From: an uncultured beta proteobacterium
Lineage (GTDB): Bacteria; Pseudomonadota; Gammaproteobacteria; Burkholderiales; Casimicrobiaceae
Direction: 5' to 3'
DNA length: 64,000 bases
Assembly: GCA_963726935.1 (NCBI GenBank)
Contig: CAVSEH010000009.1
Location: 65,156 to 129,155, forward strand
Part shown: one piece after another, positions 40,576 through 54,911 of the stretch
Numbering within the stretch: position 1 is the first letter of the stretch
Layout of the letters: each line of letters starts with the position of its first letter
The notes under the pieces: generated by a model
Databases searched by the model: none
What the model was told of the DNA's origin: nothing
The model's input: the letters and a program-made list of their open reading frames with translations, nothing else
Made by a program: the position numbers and the translations under genes

Positions 40576-41463
40576 TCACGCCGCCGCCGCGTCCTCCAGT
40601 TCCGCCAATGCCGCGTCCTGGAACTCCGCCGCGGTGAGTGTATTCGCCAGCAACATCGCAATCGTCATCGGTCCCACGCCACCCGGCACCGGCGTGATCC
40701 AGCGCGCGCGTTCCTTCGCCGCATCGAAATCGACATCGCCGCGCAGCTTTCCTTCCGGCGTCCGATTGATACCGACGTCGATGACGATGGCACCCGGCTT
40801 GATCCACGCACCCTGGACGTACTGCAACCTGCCCATTGCGGCGACGAGGATATCGGCGCCGCCGACGATGCCCGGCAAGTCGCGCGTCGCGGAGTGGCAA
40901 ACGGTGACCGTGCAGCGCGCCATCAGGAGTTCCAGCGCCATCGGCCGGCCCACAATGTTCGACTGGCCGATGACCACCGCGTGCTTGCCGACCAGGTCCT
41001 CGCCGGTTTCCCGCAGCAGGACCATGCACCCGTAGGGAGTGCACGGCCGCAGGCGCGGGCGCTTCAGGACCAGCCTGCCGATGTTGTAGGGGTGGAAGCC
41101 ATCGACATCCTTGTCCGGATGAATGCGCTCGCTGACGAGTTCGGCGTCGATGTGCTTGGGTAGCGGCAGCTGCACCAGGATGCCCTGCACTGCCGCGTCC
41201 TGGTTCAGTCGATCGATGAGATCGAACAATTCCTGCTGCGCGGTCGTGGCGGGCAGGTCGAACGACAGGGAACGCATGCCTACATCGTGGGTCATCCTGC
41301 GCTTGTTGCGCACGTAGATCTGCGATGCCGCGTTTTCGCCGACCAGCACGACGGCAAGTCCCGGTGGAGGCTTGCCCGCGGCTTCGCGTTCGCGCACGCG
41401 CGCCGCGACGTCCGCCGTGATCTGTGCGGCGCGTGCCTTGCCGTCGATGATGCCCGCGCCCAT
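40576..41463 (-). CDS. folD: Bifunctional methylenetetrahydrofolate dehydrogenase / methenyl-THF cyclohydrolase
   Basis: Start at ATG 41463 ([10 protein letters not shown]) within ORF 40576..41718. Motifs [46 protein letters not shown]. Confidence 0.9.
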   Translation of the reverse strand: MGAGIIDGKARAAQITADVAARVREREAAGKPPPGLAVVLVGENAASQIYVRNKRRMTHDVGMRSLSFDLPATTAQQELFDLIDRLNQDAAVQGILVQLPLPKHIDAELVSERIHPDKDVDGFHPYNIGRLVLKRPRLRPCTPYGCMVLLRETGEDLVGKHAVVIGQSNIVGRPMALELLMARCTVTVCHSATRDLPGIVGGADILVAAMGRLQYVQGAWIKPGAIVIDVGINRTPEGKLRGDVDFDAAKERARWITPVPGGVGPMTIAMLLANTLTAAEFQDAALAELEDAAAA

Positions 41464-41491
41464 GGCCACTCCCCGAGAAAATGCGCGGATT

Positions 41492-42169
41492 CTACCCGAT
41501 TTGCAGCACCGGCCAGCGCTTGCCTGCGGCGAGGGCCGCAAGCGTCGGGTCCGGATTGACTGCGACCGGATGGGTGACCTTCGACAACAGCGGAATGTCG
41601 TTGCGCGAGTCGCTGTAGAACCAGCTCTGGTGAAAGTCTTCGAGGCGTCGTTTGCGGACCGCGAGCCACGTCGCCAGTCGCTCGATCTTACCGTCGCGCA
41701 TGTTCGGCATTCCCGCAACCTTGCCGGTAAAGCGTCCGTCGCGCATCTCCGGTTCGGTGGCGATTACATGCTCGAAGCCGAATTCCTCCCCGATCGGCGC
41801 GGCCAGAAATCGGCTCGCCGCAGTGGTCATCACGCAGAGGTGTCCGTCGTCGACGTGTTGTGCGACCAGCCTGCGCGAATCGACGGGAATCGCGGGAAGG
41901 ATTTTCGCGCGCAGGTACGCCTCGCGCCAGGACTCGAGCCGATCGACGGGGTGGTCTGCCAGCGTCGAAATATAGAACTCGGTGAATTCGAGCAGTCCGA
42001 CTTCGCCGCGGCGGTACTTTTCGCCGATGACGCGATTGCCTGCTTCGAACGTCGCACGGTCGACGACACCCTGTTCGATCAGGAACTCGACCCAGGCTTC
42101 GTCGCAGTCGACGGTGAGCAGCGTGTGATCCAGATCGAACAGCGCCAGCACAGCGGGCTGCGCCTTCAT
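41492..42169 (-). CDS. HAD-IB family hydrolase (SerB-like subfamily), copy 1
   Basis: Start at ATG 42169 ([18 protein letters not shown]). DxDxT motif. Later ...[12 protein letters not shown]. Confidence 0.8.
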   Translation of the reverse strand: MKAQPAVLALFDLDHTLLTVDCDEAWVEFLIEQGVVDRATFEAGNRVIGEKYRRGEVGLLEFTEFYISTLADHPVDRLESWREAYLRAKILPAIPVDSRRLVAQHVDDGHLCVMTTAASRFLAAPIGEEFGFEHVIATEPEMRDGRFTGKVAGMPNMRDGKIERLATWLAVRKRRLEDFHQSWFYSDSRNDIPLLSKVTHPVAVNPDPTLAALAAGKRWPVLQIG

Positions 42170-42210
42170 CGTTCGGCTTGGCTGTTCTGCGGGTTCACCA
42201 GGCCGGGGCG

Positions 42211-42883
42211 TCAGCCAACGCGCATTTCGGGCCAACCCATGTGTCGCGCATGCGCCGCCAGCACCGGATCGGCATTCACCACGACCGGATTGGTGACATG
42301 CGTGAACAAGGGAAGATCGTTGAGCGAATCGCCGTAGAACCAGCACTCGCGAAAATCGGTGATGCGCTCGCCTCGCTCGGCGAGCCACGCCACCAGTCGT
42401 TCGTATTTGCCTTCGCGAATGTTCGGTATGCCGATAACCCGTCCCGTATATTTCCCATCGATCTGCTCGGCCTCCGTCGCGATCACGTCGTGAATGCCGA
42501 ACTCGGCGGCGATCGGATCGGCCAGGAATCGGAACACGGCCGTCGTCACCAGCAGACGGTCGCCGGCCGCACGGTGGCGCTCGACCAGTGCCCTGGCGGA
42601 CTGCCGGATACGCGGACGGATCTTGCGCGTCAGGTATTTCTCGCGCCACCGCAACGCGTCGGGCAGATCGAACGACGTCAGCGTCGACAGATAAAACTCG
42701 GTGAACTCGATGGTGCCGGCTTCGCCGCGGTTGTAGCGGGCAATCAGGTCGCGATTGGTGGCATCGTAGCGAACCGCGTCGAGCGCGCCCTGTTCGACCA
42801 AGAAAGGCGACCCACTGCTCGTCGCTGTCGTGCGGCATCAATGTGTGATCCAGATCAAACAACGCGAGGACGTCTGCGGGCAT
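42211..42883 (-). pseudogene. HAD-IB family hydrolase, copy 2 (tandem paralogue), with an N-terminal frame switch
   Basis: [28 protein letters not shown] is in the frame of ORF 41492..42883. It continues as VEQGALDAVRYD... in ORF 42211..42801. The switch is at a TT (coding strand) at 42800-42801. Confidence 0.75.
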
Positions 42884-42912
42884 GGGCGGGCCGAAAAAGC
42901 TACACTGGCTGC

Positions 42913-43854
42913 TTGGAAACGAGCGTCATTGTAACCGGGATTCGCGAGCGGCTCGACGCCATCCTCGCGGCACCACAAGGACGTTACCGGCCGTTTGTCG
43001 TCGATCAGACAGTGGTCGGCTGGGTCGACGATCGGCGTGCGCAACGGCTGGCGGAATTTGTCGATGTCCTTGTCGTCGACAACGATCAGATTCGCTTCGT
43101 GCCGCGCCTCGCCACACCACCAGCGCGCACGACCGCGATGGAAGGTCTCGCGCGACAATTGGCCGCGGAAGGTGCGTGCAGCGCGTGGCGCCACGAGCGC
43201 TACGCCGTCGTGCGCGAATTCGGCGACGAACCGCATTTCGAACTCGAGCGCTGCGCGGCACGCTATTTCGGGATCCGCACGTTTGCAGCGCATATCAACG
43301 GACTCGTCCGGGCGGATGACGGCATCCGCATGTGGCTGGGGAGGCGCAGTCCGCACAAGGCCGTCGATCCCGGATTGCTCGACAACATGGTTGGCGGCGG
43401 CATCCCCGCTGGCGCGTCAGTGGAGGCCACGATGATCAAGGAAGCCGGCGAAGAGGCCGGCATCCCTGCTGCGCTCGCCGCAACGGCACGCGCCGCAGGC
43501 ACACTGCGGATTTGCCGAGCACATCCCAAGGGCCTGGAGCGCGAAACGGTCTACGTGCACGATCTGTGGCTCGATCCGGCGTTCGTTCCCGTGGGCACCG
43601 ACGGAGAAGTCGTCGAGTTCCGGCTCGAAGGGCTATCCGACGCCGCCAGGCTTGCCTGCAATCGCGACGGCAGCGACATCGTGACCGCGGATGCGAGCCT
43701 CGTGATCGTCGATTGCCTGATGCGGCATGGCTTCATCGCCGACGGTACCGCCGACCACGCCGCCTTCGATGCGCTGCGCCGCGTTTCGCTCGAGCCCGGG
43801 AATCGCTGCCAGCAGGCTACGCCGCTCTCGCCGCGGCCGGCGCCACCTGCTTGA
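42913..43854 (+). CDS. NUDIX-family hydrolase (with N-terminal DUF4743-like region)
   Basis: The 3' part of ORF 42178..43854. Nudix box context [24 protein letters not shown]. The start is uncertain (TTG 42913 proposed). The 3' end overlaps convergent phnW by about 38 nt. Confidence 0.65.
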   Translation: METSVIVTGIRERLDAILAAPQGRYRPFVVDQTVVGWVDDRRAQRLAEFVDVLVVDNDQIRFVPRLATPPARTTAMEGLARQLAAEGACSAWRHERYAVVREFGDEPHFELERCAARYFGIRTFAAHINGLVRADDGIRMWLGRRSPHKAVDPGLLDNMVGGGIPAGASVEATMIKEAGEEAGIPAALAATARAAGTLRICRAHPKGLERETVYVHDLWLDPAFVPVGTDGEVVEFRLEGLSDAARLACNRDGSDIVTADASLVIVDCLMRHGFIADGTADHAAFDALRRVSLEPGNRCQQATPLSPRPAPPA

Positions 43855-44956
43855 TACCGAGTTCCCGCAGCGCGTCACGCACCGCATTGACCGCGTGCCG
43901 CATTTCATCCGGCCCGATGGCGCCGATGCAGCCGACGCGGAACGTCTCGACTTGCGTCAACTTGCCGGGATACAGCACGAAGCCCTTGTCGCGCACCTTG
44001 TCGTAGAAGGCCTTGAACGCGTACCGGGGATCGGCGGGCGCATGGAAAGTCACGATGATCGGCGCCTGGATCTTCGGATCGAGGAACACCGTGAAGCCCA
44101 TCTCTTTCATGCCGGCGACAAGCATTTCGTAGTTGGCCGTGTAACGCGCCAGCCGCGCCGGCTGGCCACCCTGTTCCCGATACTGCTCCAGCGCCGCGTC
44201 CAGGGCGATGACGACGTGCGTCGGCGGCGTGTAACGCCACTGCGTCGTCTTTTCCATGTACGTCCACTGATCGTGCAGATCGAGCGACAGCGACGTCGAA
44301 TTGCCCGCGCAGGTTTCGAGCACGGACTTGCGCACGAACACAAAGCCCATTCCGGGCGGGCCTTCAACACACTTGCCGGACGCGGCGATCAACGCATCGA
44401 ACGGAATCCGTGCCGCATCGATCGGCAGCGCGCCGAACGAACTCATCGCATCGACGATCAGGTGCTTGCCCCGCGCGGCCACGACGTCGGCGATCTCCGG
44501 CAGCGGATTGAGGATCCCGGTGGATGTCTCGCAATGGATCAGACCGACGTGCGTGATCGACGGATCGGCATCCAGCGCACGGGCGACGTCGGCGGCGGTG
44601 GTCGGAACGCCATCCGCCGTCTCGAACGTCGATAGCTTGCGTCCCATCATCGTGGTCAGGCGCGCCATGCGCTGGCCGTAGGCACCGTTGACCAGCACCA
44701 GCACGTGCCCATTGCGCGGCACCAGCGTGTTGACCGCGGCTTCGATCGAGAACGTCCCGCTGCCCTGCATAGGGACGCAGACGTGCGTCGGCGCACCGTT
44801 GACGATGCCGAGCAGGCGCTCGCGGACGCGCGCCGTCACGGCGTTGAAATTGCTGTCCCACGATCCCCAGTCGCGCAACATCGCCGTCCTGGTCTTCAGC
44901 GACGTGGTCAGCGGTCCCGGCGTCAGCAGGATTGGGTCGCGATCGAAGTTGCTCAT
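43817..44956 (-). CDS. phnW: 2-aminoethylphosphonate--pyruvate transaminase
   Basis: Start at ATG 44956 ([19 protein letters not shown]). Class-V aminotransferase with PLP-Lys context [14 protein letters not shown]. Lies in the phosphonate locus. Confidence 0.85.
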   Translation of the reverse strand: MSNFDRDPILLTPGPLTTSLKTRTAMLRDWGSWDSNFNAVTARVRERLLGIVNGAPTHVCVPMQGSGTFSIEAAVNTLVPRNGHVLVLVNGAYGQRMARLTTMMGRKLSTFETADGVPTTAADVARALDADPSITHVGLIHCETSTGILNPLPEIADVVAARGKHLIVDAMSSFGALPIDAARIPFDALIAASGKCVEGPPGMGFVFVRKSVLETCAGNSTSLSLDLHDQWTYMEKTTQWRYTPPTHVVIALDAALEQYREQGGQPARLARYTANYEMLVAGMKEMGFTVFLDPKIQAPIIVTFHAPADPRYAFKAFYDKVRDKGFVLYPGKLTQVETFRVGCIGAIGPDEMRHAVNAVRDALRELGIKQVAPAAARAA

Positions 44957-44973
44957 GATGTGCTCCAGGAAAA

Positions 44974-46698
44974 TCAGACGGTCAGAGGTTTGCGCCAGGC
45001 CTGCGTACGCGTCAGCAGCAGCCGCGTGATGATCGCGTAGAGCACGCACACGGTCGTCGAGGACAGGACGATCAGCGTCGCCATTGCGGCGGCCGGCCCG
45101 ATCTCGCCGGCATCGTCGAGGTTCAGTATCGCCAGCGAGGCGAGCTTCGTATCGGGTGAGTAGAGGAAGACGACGGCAGATATCGTCACCATCGCGTTGA
45201 CGAAGAGATAGCGGCCGATGTCGAGAATGGCGGGCAGGCAGACCGGAACAGTGACGCGGAAAAAGGTCTTGTAGAACGGCACCTTCAGGCTCGCCGACAC
45301 GGCCTCGAATTCGTTGTCGAGCGCCTTCAACGCCGTCACCGCGGTCAGGTGGCTCGACGTGTAGTAGTGCACGATCGTCGCGATCACGAGGATGGTCATG
45401 CCGTGATAGAGGCCGTTGAGCGGATTGTCCGGATGATTGAAGAAGAAAATGTAGCCGAGGCCGAGCACCATGCCCGGCACGCCCATCGGAATGGCTGCGA
45501 GCAGCCGGATGAATGCGCGCAGTCCCGTCATGCCCCGCGACTTTTCGATCAGATACGCGCCACCGAAAATGAGGATCGTGCCGAACACCGCCGTCAGCAG
45601 CGCCATCTTCAGGCTGTTGAAAAACGCGACGATCACGCCACCATCGACCAGGCCGAAGGTGTAGTGGCGCAGGCTGAACGACTTGTCATACGGCCACAGC
45701 TTGATGAACGACGTGTAGATCGCCATGAACAGGACGGCGAGCAGCAGCAGGCTGATGACCAGGCAGTAGAGGAACATCGCCGTGTCGAAGCCGCGCTTCG
45801 GTTTCGGCGCATACGGCACTGCGCGCGAAGAGAATTGCGCTCTCTGGCGACCCTGCATCGACCAGTCGACGATGAATGCGACCAGCACCGGCAACAGCAG
45901 GATCAGGCTGACGACCGCGCCTTTGTTGAAATTCTGCTGACCGATCACCTGCTTGAATATGTCCAGCGCCAGCACGTTGAAGTTGCCGCCGATGATCTTG
46001 GGGATCCCGAAGTCGCTCACCGTATAGGAAAAGACCACCATCGCGGCGCTGATCAGGCCGTATTTCGCGCCGGGCAGCGTGATGGTGAAGAAGCGGCGCA
46101 GCGTCGGCGTTCCCAGCGATTCCGCCGCTTCATACAGCCTCCCGTCGGCCAGCAGCAGCGCCGTGAGGACGATCATCAGCGCGTGCGGGAACACCGCGTA
46201 GATCGAGCTCAGGACGATGCCGATCGGACCGTAGATCTTGGCCCCGCCGAGGAGACCCTTGAGCAGGCCTTGCGTACCGAACCACTGGATGAACGAAATG
46301 GCAGCCAGGAGCGAGGGCGCCAGGATCGGCGTGAGCGCAATCACGCGGAATGTGCCCTTGAACGGCATGCAGCTGCGCGTCAGCGCATAGGCGAACGTGA
46401 ACGCGAGCGGGATCGTGATGCCGGTGACTGCCAGCGCGATCGAAATCGTATGCAGGATCGACTGGCGCAGCGCGGGCGTCTGGAAATAGTCGATGAACTG
46501 CTGCAGGCCGACGAAAGCGCCGTCCTTGTCCTGCACGCTCTTCACCAGGATCATGAACAGGGGTGCCAGGAGGAAAACGACCAGGATCGCGCACACCAGC
46601 AGGAGCAAGCCTTGCGCCAGGCGGTCGTGCCAATGCGCCGCCGGCTTGACGCGCGGTCCCGCGGCAAGCGTTGCAGTGTCGATCGTGGCCGTCGTCAT
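44974..46698 (-). CDS. Fused two-domain ABC transporter permease (PhnU/PhnV-like, 2-aminoethylphosphonate importer)
   Basis: 574 aa, about 12 TM, with two BPD-transporter repeats. Flanked by the ATPase and phnW. Confidence 0.8.
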   Translation of the reverse strand: MTTATIDTATLAAGPRVKPAAHWHDRLAQGLLLLVCAILVVFLLAPLFMILVKSVQDKDGAFVGLQQFIDYFQTPALRQSILHTISIALAVTGITIPLAFTFAYALTRSCMPFKGTFRVIALTPILAPSLLAAISFIQWFGTQGLLKGLLGGAKIYGPIGIVLSSIYAVFPHALMIVLTALLLADGRLYEAAESLGTPTLRRFFTITLPGAKYGLISAAMVVFSYTVSDFGIPKIIGGNFNVLALDIFKQVIGQQNFNKGAVVSLILLLPVLVAFIVDWSMQGRQRAQFSSRAVPYAPKPKRGFDTAMFLYCLVISLLLLAVLFMAIYTSFIKLWPYDKSFSLRHYTFGLVDGGVIVAFFNSLKMALLTAVFGTILIFGGAYLIEKSRGMTGLRAFIRLLAAIPMGVPGMVLGLGYIFFFNHPDNPLNGLYHGMTILVIATIVHYYTSSHLTAVTALKALDNEFEAVSASLKVPFYKTFFRVTVPVCLPAILDIGRYLFVNAMVTISAVVFLYSPDTKLASLAILNLDDAGEIGPAAAMATLIVLSSTTVCVLYAIITRLLLTRTQAWRKPLTV

Positions 46699-46723
46699 CG
46701 CGGCGTCGCCGATTGCGGCTGGA

Positions 46724-47836
<1,113 letters not shown>

Positions 47837-47878
47837 AAAAAAGCGCCCCGATCGACGGGGCGCGCAGTCTCTTGCTGC

Positions 47879-48931
47879 TTATTTCGGTTCCGACTTGCCG
47901 TCGTAGCGCTTGGTCCATTCGGCGAGGATCTTGTCGCGGTTCTTGGCGGACCACGCGAAGTCGTTCTTCACCAGGCGTTGCTCGTAGTCGGCAGGAACGA
48001 ACTCGAGGGGCTTGGCCACGCCCGGCATGGCCAGCACGGCGAAGTTCTTGGCGAACAGCGCCATCGCGTCCGGCGTGGCCAGCCAGTCCATGAGCTTGCG
48101 CGAGGCGTCGAGCTTCTTGGTCGTCTTCATGATGCCCGACGCTTCGAGGTCCCAACCCAGGCCTTCCTTCGGGAAAATGATGTCGATCGGCGCGCCGCCC
48201 TTCTTGGTCGTTACGGCGCGGTATTCGAACGAGATGCCGATGGGGAATTCGCCGGCGCCGGCTTCGCGGCAGGGCTTCGATCCCGAGTGGGTGTAGTGCG
48301 CGACGTTGTCATGGAGTCCGTCCATGAACTTCCACGCGTCGGCGTCGCCCCACATCTGCAGCCAACCCGCCACGTCCAGATAGCCGGTACCCGACGACGC
48401 GGGATTGGGCATCACGATCTTGCCCTTGTAGATGGGCTTGGTCAGGTCCTTCCAGGTCTCCGGCTTGGGCAAGCCCAGCTTTGCGGCTTCGACGGTGTTG
48501 AAGCAGATCGCGGCACCGTAGATATCCATGCCGACCCATTCCGGCGGATTCTTCGGATCGCGATACGCCGGCGTGATCTTGTCCAGGCCTTTCGGCGCGT
48601 AGCCCTGCAGCATGCCTTCGTTGGCGAACACGGCCAGGCTCGACGCAGAAGTGCCGACGACCATGTCTGCCTGCGGATTCGCCTTTTCGGCGAGGAGCTT
48701 GGCAGTGATGACGCCCGTCGAGTCGCGCACCCACTTGATCGCGATGTCGGGATACGCCTTGTAGAACGCGTCTTCGTACGCCTTGATCTGATCGGTCTCG
48801 AGCGCCGTGTACACGAGCAGCTCGGTCTTTTGTGCCGATGCCGGGATTGCCCACATCGCCGCTGCCGCGAGGACCACGGCGACGGCGCGCCGTCCCCACG
48901 AACTGCCTACTGCGCTTACTGCCTGCCGCAT
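47879..48931 (-). CDS. phnS: Periplasmic substrate-binding protein (PhnS-like, 2-aminoethylphosphonate)
   Basis: Probable start is ATG 48931 (MRQAVSAVGSSWGRRAVAVVLAAAAMWAIPASA signal) within ORF 47879..49084. Iron/AEP-type SBP fold motifs (LLVYTALE, PASSGTGY). Confidence 0.8.
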   Translation of the reverse strand: MRQAVSAVGSSWGRRAVAVVLAAAAMWAIPASAQKTELLVYTALETDQIKAYEDAFYKAYPDIAIKWVRDSTGVITAKLLAEKANPQADMVVGTSASSLAVFANEGMLQGYAPKGLDKITPAYRDPKNPPEWVGMDIYGAAICFNTVEAAKLGLPKPETWKDLTKPIYKGKIVMPNPASSGTGYLDVAGWLQMWGDADAWKFMDGLHDNVAHYTHSGSKPCREAGAGEFPIGISFEYRAVTTKKGGAPIDIIFPKEGLGWDLEASGIMKTTKKLDASRKLMDWLATPDAMALFAKNFAVLAMPGVAKPLEFVPADYEQRLVKNDFAWSAKNRDKILAEWTKRYDGKSEPK

Positions 48932-49091
48932 CTTCGTCTCCCAGAAATGAGTGAACACCGCCCCGACCGCACAACCTAAAAATGCTACGCCGGCAATCTC
49001 CGGCAAGCAATGCCGATTATGGTCCGCGACGCGTGACGCGCCGGTGAATTCTCGCGCATGCGCCTCCCGCGAATCGCGACCCAAGAATTGC

Positions 49092-49107
49092 AGATTGTTG
49101 ACAATCT
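49092..49107. promoter_or_regulatory. Perfect palindrome AGATTGT-TG-ACAATCT in the phnS/phnR divergent intergenic region; candidate GntR-family operator
   Basis: Read directly. It lies 27 bp upstream of the phnR ATG, and its half-sites resemble the GT-N-AC core typical of GntR operators. Confidence 0.5.
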
Positions 49108-49133
49108 ACACCCGACGGCGTCTAATCGCAAGC

Positions 49134-51142
<2,009 letters not shown>

Positions 51143-51149
51143 TGGCACG

Positions 51150-52610
51150 ATGAACATGATGTCCGAACTCGCGCAAGTCAGGCATGGCCGCGTGCTCAAC
51201 GAGAAAATGCGCATCGGCGGCAAGCTCGTGGGTGGCGATCGCGTCATCGACGTGCGCAATCCCTACACCGGTGCCATCGTCGGCACCGTGCCCAAGGCAA
51301 GCGTCGACGACATCCGCCACGCCTTCGCAATCGCCAAGCGCTTCAAGTCCACGCTAACGCGCCACGATCGCTACCGGATTTCGCATCGGGCAGCCGAGTT
51401 GATCCGTGAGCGCTCGGCGGAGATTTCGGATCTGATCACGGCGGAGTCCGGGCTCTGCAAGAAGGATTCGCTGTATGAAGTCGGGCGCGCCTGCGACGTG
51501 TTCGTTTTTGCCGGGAACGCCGCGCTCTCCGACGATGGCCAGATCTTCTCGTGCGATCTCACGCCGCACGGAAAAAAGCGCAAGGTCTACACGCTGCGCG
51601 AGCCGCTGCAGGGCGCGATTTCCGCGATCACGCCGTTCAATCATCCGTTGAACCAGGTCGCGCACAAGGTCGCACCGTCGATCGCCACCAACAACCGCAT
51701 GGTGCTCAAGCCGACCGAGAAGACGCCTTTGACTGCGCTCCTGCTCGCCGACATTCTCTACGAGGCCGGCTTGCCGCCGGAAATGTTCGCCGTGGTCACA
51801 GGCGATCCGAAGGAAATCGCGGACGAGATGTTGACGAACCCCGACGTCGATCTCATCACTTTCACCGGTGGCGTGGCCGTCGGCAAGTACATCGCCGCGA
51901 AAGCGGTGTACAAGCGCCAGGTGCTCGAACTCGGTGGCAACGACCCGATCATCGTCATGGAAGACGCCGACATCGAGGAAGCTGCGACGCTCGCCGCCGC
52001 GGGCTCCTACAAGAACTCCGGCCAGCGCTGCACGGCGGTCAAGCGCATGCTCGTGCAGGCGTCGGTGGCCGACCGTTTCGTCGAGCTGCTGCTCGCGAAG
52101 ACCAAAGCCATCAAGTACGGCGACCCCATGAATCCGGACACCGACATGGGCACCGTCATCGACGAGGCGGCAGCGCGGTCATTCGAAGACAAGGTGAACG
52201 AGGCGATCGGCCGGGGTGCGACGCTGCTATGCGGGAATGTGCGCAAAGGCGCCCTGTACTCACCGACGGTGCTGGACCACGTCACGCCGGACATGCCTGT
52301 GGTGAAGTACGAGACTTTCGGCCCTGTCTCTCCGGTCATCCGCTTCAAGACCATCGACGATGCGATCGCGATCGCGAACTCCACCGACTACGGCTTGTCG
52401 TCCTCGGTCTGCACGAACCGCCTCGACTGGATCACGCGGATGGTCAGCGAATTGAACGTCGGCAGCGTCAATGTGCGCGAAGTCCCCGGTTATCGCCTGG
52501 AACTGACACCTTTCGGCGGCATCAAGGATTCGGGGCTCGGATACAAGGAAGGCGTGCAGGAAGCGATGAAGAGTTTCACCAACGTGAAAACCTATTCCCT
52601 GCCGTGGTGA
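51150..52610 (+). CDS. phnY: Phosphonoacetaldehyde dehydrogenase (aldehyde dehydrogenase family)
   Basis: 486 aa. ELGGNDP, catalytic Cys context [17 protein letters not shown]. Sits between phnA and the HD gene. Confidence 0.8.
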   Translation: MNMMSELAQVRHGRVLNEKMRIGGKLVGGDRVIDVRNPYTGAIVGTVPKASVDDIRHAFAIAKRFKSTLTRHDRYRISHRAAELIRERSAEISDLITAESGLCKKDSLYEVGRACDVFVFAGNAALSDDGQIFSCDLTPHGKKRKVYTLREPLQGAISAITPFNHPLNQVAHKVAPSIATNNRMVLKPTEKTPLTALLLADILYEAGLPPEMFAVVTGDPKEIADEMLTNPDVDLITFTGGVAVGKYIAAKAVYKRQVLELGGNDPIIVMEDADIEEAATLAAAGSYKNSGQRCTAVKRMLVQASVADRFVELLLAKTKAIKYGDPMNPDTDMGTVIDEAAARSFEDKVNEAIGRGATLLCGNVRKGALYSPTVLDHVTPDMPVVKYETFGPVSPVIRFKTIDDAIAIANSTDYGLSSSVCTNRLDWITRMVSELNVGSVNVREVPGYRLELTPFGGIKDSGLGYKEGVQEAMKSFTNVKTYSLPW

Positions 52611-52626
52611 GGCGAATCGACCCGCG

Positions 52627-53175
52627 ATGGCCCTGACCATTCCCGACATCTGCGGTCTGTTCGACGCCAAGGGGGCGCGCATGTACTCCGGCGAACCCGT
52701 GACGCAACTCGAGCATGCCCTCCAAAGTGCAACCTTCGCCGAGTCGGCAGGTGCGGACCCGGCGTTGATCACGGCTGCACTGCTGCACGACCTCGGGCAC
52801 CTGCTCAACGACCAGGGCGACACGCCGACCCAGCGCGGCATCGACGACGTCCATCAGTATTTCGCCCTGCCTTTCCTGCGTCCGCTGTTCACCGACGACG
52901 TGCTCGAACCGATTCGCCTGCACGTCGATGCCAAGCGCTACTTATGCGCCACGCGGCCCGGGTATCACGAAGCCCTGTCCGCCGATTCGAAACGCAGCCT
53001 CACGTTGCAAGGCGGTGTCTACACCGCAGCCGAGGCAGCCGACTTCTCGACCCACAGTGGCGCCGCGCGGGCCGTCGAGCTGCGCCTCTGGGATGACGCC
53101 GCCAAGATCGCCGGCATGAAGACGCCACCGCTCGCGCATTTCGTGTCGATCATGGAAACAGCGCGGTCGCGATGA
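52627..53175 (+). CDS. Phosphonate-operon-associated HD-domain protein (PhnZ/TmpB-like mixed-valent di-iron oxygenase family candidate)
   Basis: 182 aa. HD motif context LEHALQSATFAE...AALLHDLGHLL, and later LHVDAKRYL. Its stop overlaps the next gene's start. Confidence 0.7.
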   Translation: MALTIPDICGLFDAKGARMYSGEPVTQLEHALQSATFAESAGADPALITAALLHDLGHLLNDQGDTPTQRGIDDVHQYFALPFLRPLFTDDVLEPIRLHVDAKRYLCATRPGYHEALSADSKRSLTLQGGVYTAAEAADFSTHSGAARAVELRLWDDAAKIAGMKTPPLAHFVSIMETARSR

Positions 53176-54872
53176 AAATCCTGCTCAACCTGCTGGCGGG
53201 CGTCGCGCTGCTTGTATGGGGCACGCACATCGTCCGCACCGGCATCCTGAGCATTTGGGGCGGCGACTTGCGCCGGTTCCTGCGCGAAAGCGTCGCCAAC
53301 CGCTACGCTGCGTTCGTCGCGGGGCTCGGCATTACGGCGCTGATCCAGAGCAGCAATGCCACGGCATTGATGGTGGCCTCGTTCGCCGGCCAGGGATTGA
53401 TCGCCACGGCACCTGCGCTGGCCGTGATGCTGGGCGCCGACGTCGGCACCGCGCTGATGACACTTGTGTTTTCGCTGGACCTGTCGTGGCTGTCGCCGCT
53501 GCTCATCGTCGTGGGCGTCACCCTGTTCATGCGGCGCGAGTCCACGAGTATCGGCCGGGTCGGCCGCGTCCTCATCGGCCTGGGACTGATCATCCTCGCA
53601 TTGCAGCTCATCGTGCTCGCCGCGAACCCGCTGACCAAAGGTGCCGGCATCAAGGTGATCTTTGCCTCGCTGACCGGCGATGTACTACTGGACATGGTCG
53701 TGGCCGCCGTCTTCACGATGCTGTCGTATTCGAGCCTCGCGGTGGTGCTGCTCACGGCGACGCTCGCGACGTCGAAGGTGATCGCGCTGCACGTCGCCCT
53801 CGGACTGGTGCTGGGCGCGAATCTCGGCAGCGGCCTCCTCGCGATGCTCAACACCATGACGTCGCCGCCGGAAGCACGCCGCGTCAATCTCGGCAATCTC
53901 CTGTTCCGGCTGATCGGCTGCGTGATCGTCGTGCCCCTCTTGCCGTACATCGAGGATCTGTTCACATCGTGGTCGCTGAGCGACGGCCAGATCACGGTCT
54001 ACTTCCACCTTCTGTTCAACATCGTCATTGCGGGCGTGTTCCTGTTCTTCACCGAACCGATCGCGCGGTTCGCGGAACGACTGCTGCCGGCCAAGCCCGA
54101 CACGGACGATCCTGCCCGGGCGCGATACCTCGACCCGTCCGCGCTCGACACGCCTGCGCTCGCGATCGGCAATGCCGCGCGCGAGGCAGTGCGGCTCGCG
54201 GATTTCATCGAGCAGATGCTCGTCGGCATGCTGACGGTGCTCAAGACCAACGACCGCGCGTTGGCAGCCCGGCTGCGCAACATGGACGACGTCGTCGACA
54301 ATCTCTATACGGCGATCAAGCTCTACCTCACGCAGGTCAGCCGCAAGGCGCTGGACGACAAGGAAGGCCGCCGCTGGGCCGACATCGTCTCCTTCACGAT
54401 CAACATGGAGCAGGTCGGCGACATCATCGAGCGGGTCATCACCGACCTCGAAGAGAAGAAGATCGAAAAGCATCGCAGCTTTTCCGAGGCCGGCATGCAG
54501 GAAATCGTCGATCTGCACGGCAGGCTGCTCGCCAACCTGCGCCTCGGCATGAGCGTGTTCCTGCATGGCGACCTGGCCAGCGCGCAGCGGCTGCTCGCCG
54601 AAAAGGTCCTGTTCCGCGATCTCGAGCGCGCGTATGCCGAGTCGCACATCGAGCGCCTCACCAGCAACACGGTGCAGAGCATCGAGACGTCGTCGCTGCA
54701 TCTGGACATGATCAGCGACCTGAAGCGCATCAATTCGCACATCTGCTCGATCGCCTATCCCATCCTCGAACAGGCAGGCGTCCTGGCGAAGACACGTCTC
54801 AAGGAAGCCACGGCGCCCGTGGGGGAAAGCGGAGACGGAGCACGGATTCCCGCCGCCGCGCGCAATCGATGA
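53172..54872 (+). CDS. Na+/phosphate symporter family protein with C-terminal PhoU-like domains
   Basis: 566 aa. NptA-type repeats (GITALIQSSNATALM; GANLGSGLLAM). C-terminal helical PhoU-like repeats. Confidence 0.85.
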   Translation: MKILLNLLAGVALLVWGTHIVRTGILSIWGGDLRRFLRESVANRYAAFVAGLGITALIQSSNATALMVASFAGQGLIATAPALAVMLGADVGTALMTLVFSLDLSWLSPLLIVVGVTLFMRRESTSIGRVGRVLIGLGLIILALQLIVLAANPLTKGAGIKVIFASLTGDVLLDMVVAAVFTMLSYSSLAVVLLTATLATSKVIALHVALGLVLGANLGSGLLAMLNTMTSPPEARRVNLGNLLFRLIGCVIVVPLLPYIEDLFTSWSLSDGQITVYFHLLFNIVIAGVFLFFTEPIARFAERLLPAKPDTDDPARARYLDPSALDTPALAIGNAAREAVRLADFIEQMLVGMLTVLKTNDRALAARLRNMDDVVDNLYTAIKLYLTQVSRKALDDKEGRRWADIVSFTINMEQVGDIIERVITDLEEKKIEKHRSFSEAGMQEIVDLHGRLLANLRLGMSVFLHGDLASAQRLLAEKVLFRDLERAYAESHIERLTSNTVQSIETSSLHLDMISDLKRINSHICSIAYPILEQAGVLAKTRLKEATAPVGESGDGARIPAAARNR

Positions 54873-54911
54873 AGCGCCGTGACTGAAGACGTGGCCTGCC
54901 CCCGATAGCCA

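Noticed and set aside
43817-43854. A 38-nt convergent overlap between the 3' ends of the NUDIX gene and phnW.
   Set aside because: It is probably an extended, non-conserved Pro/Ala-rich C-terminal tail of the NUDIX ORF in GC-rich sequence. There is no evidence of functional antisense regulation.
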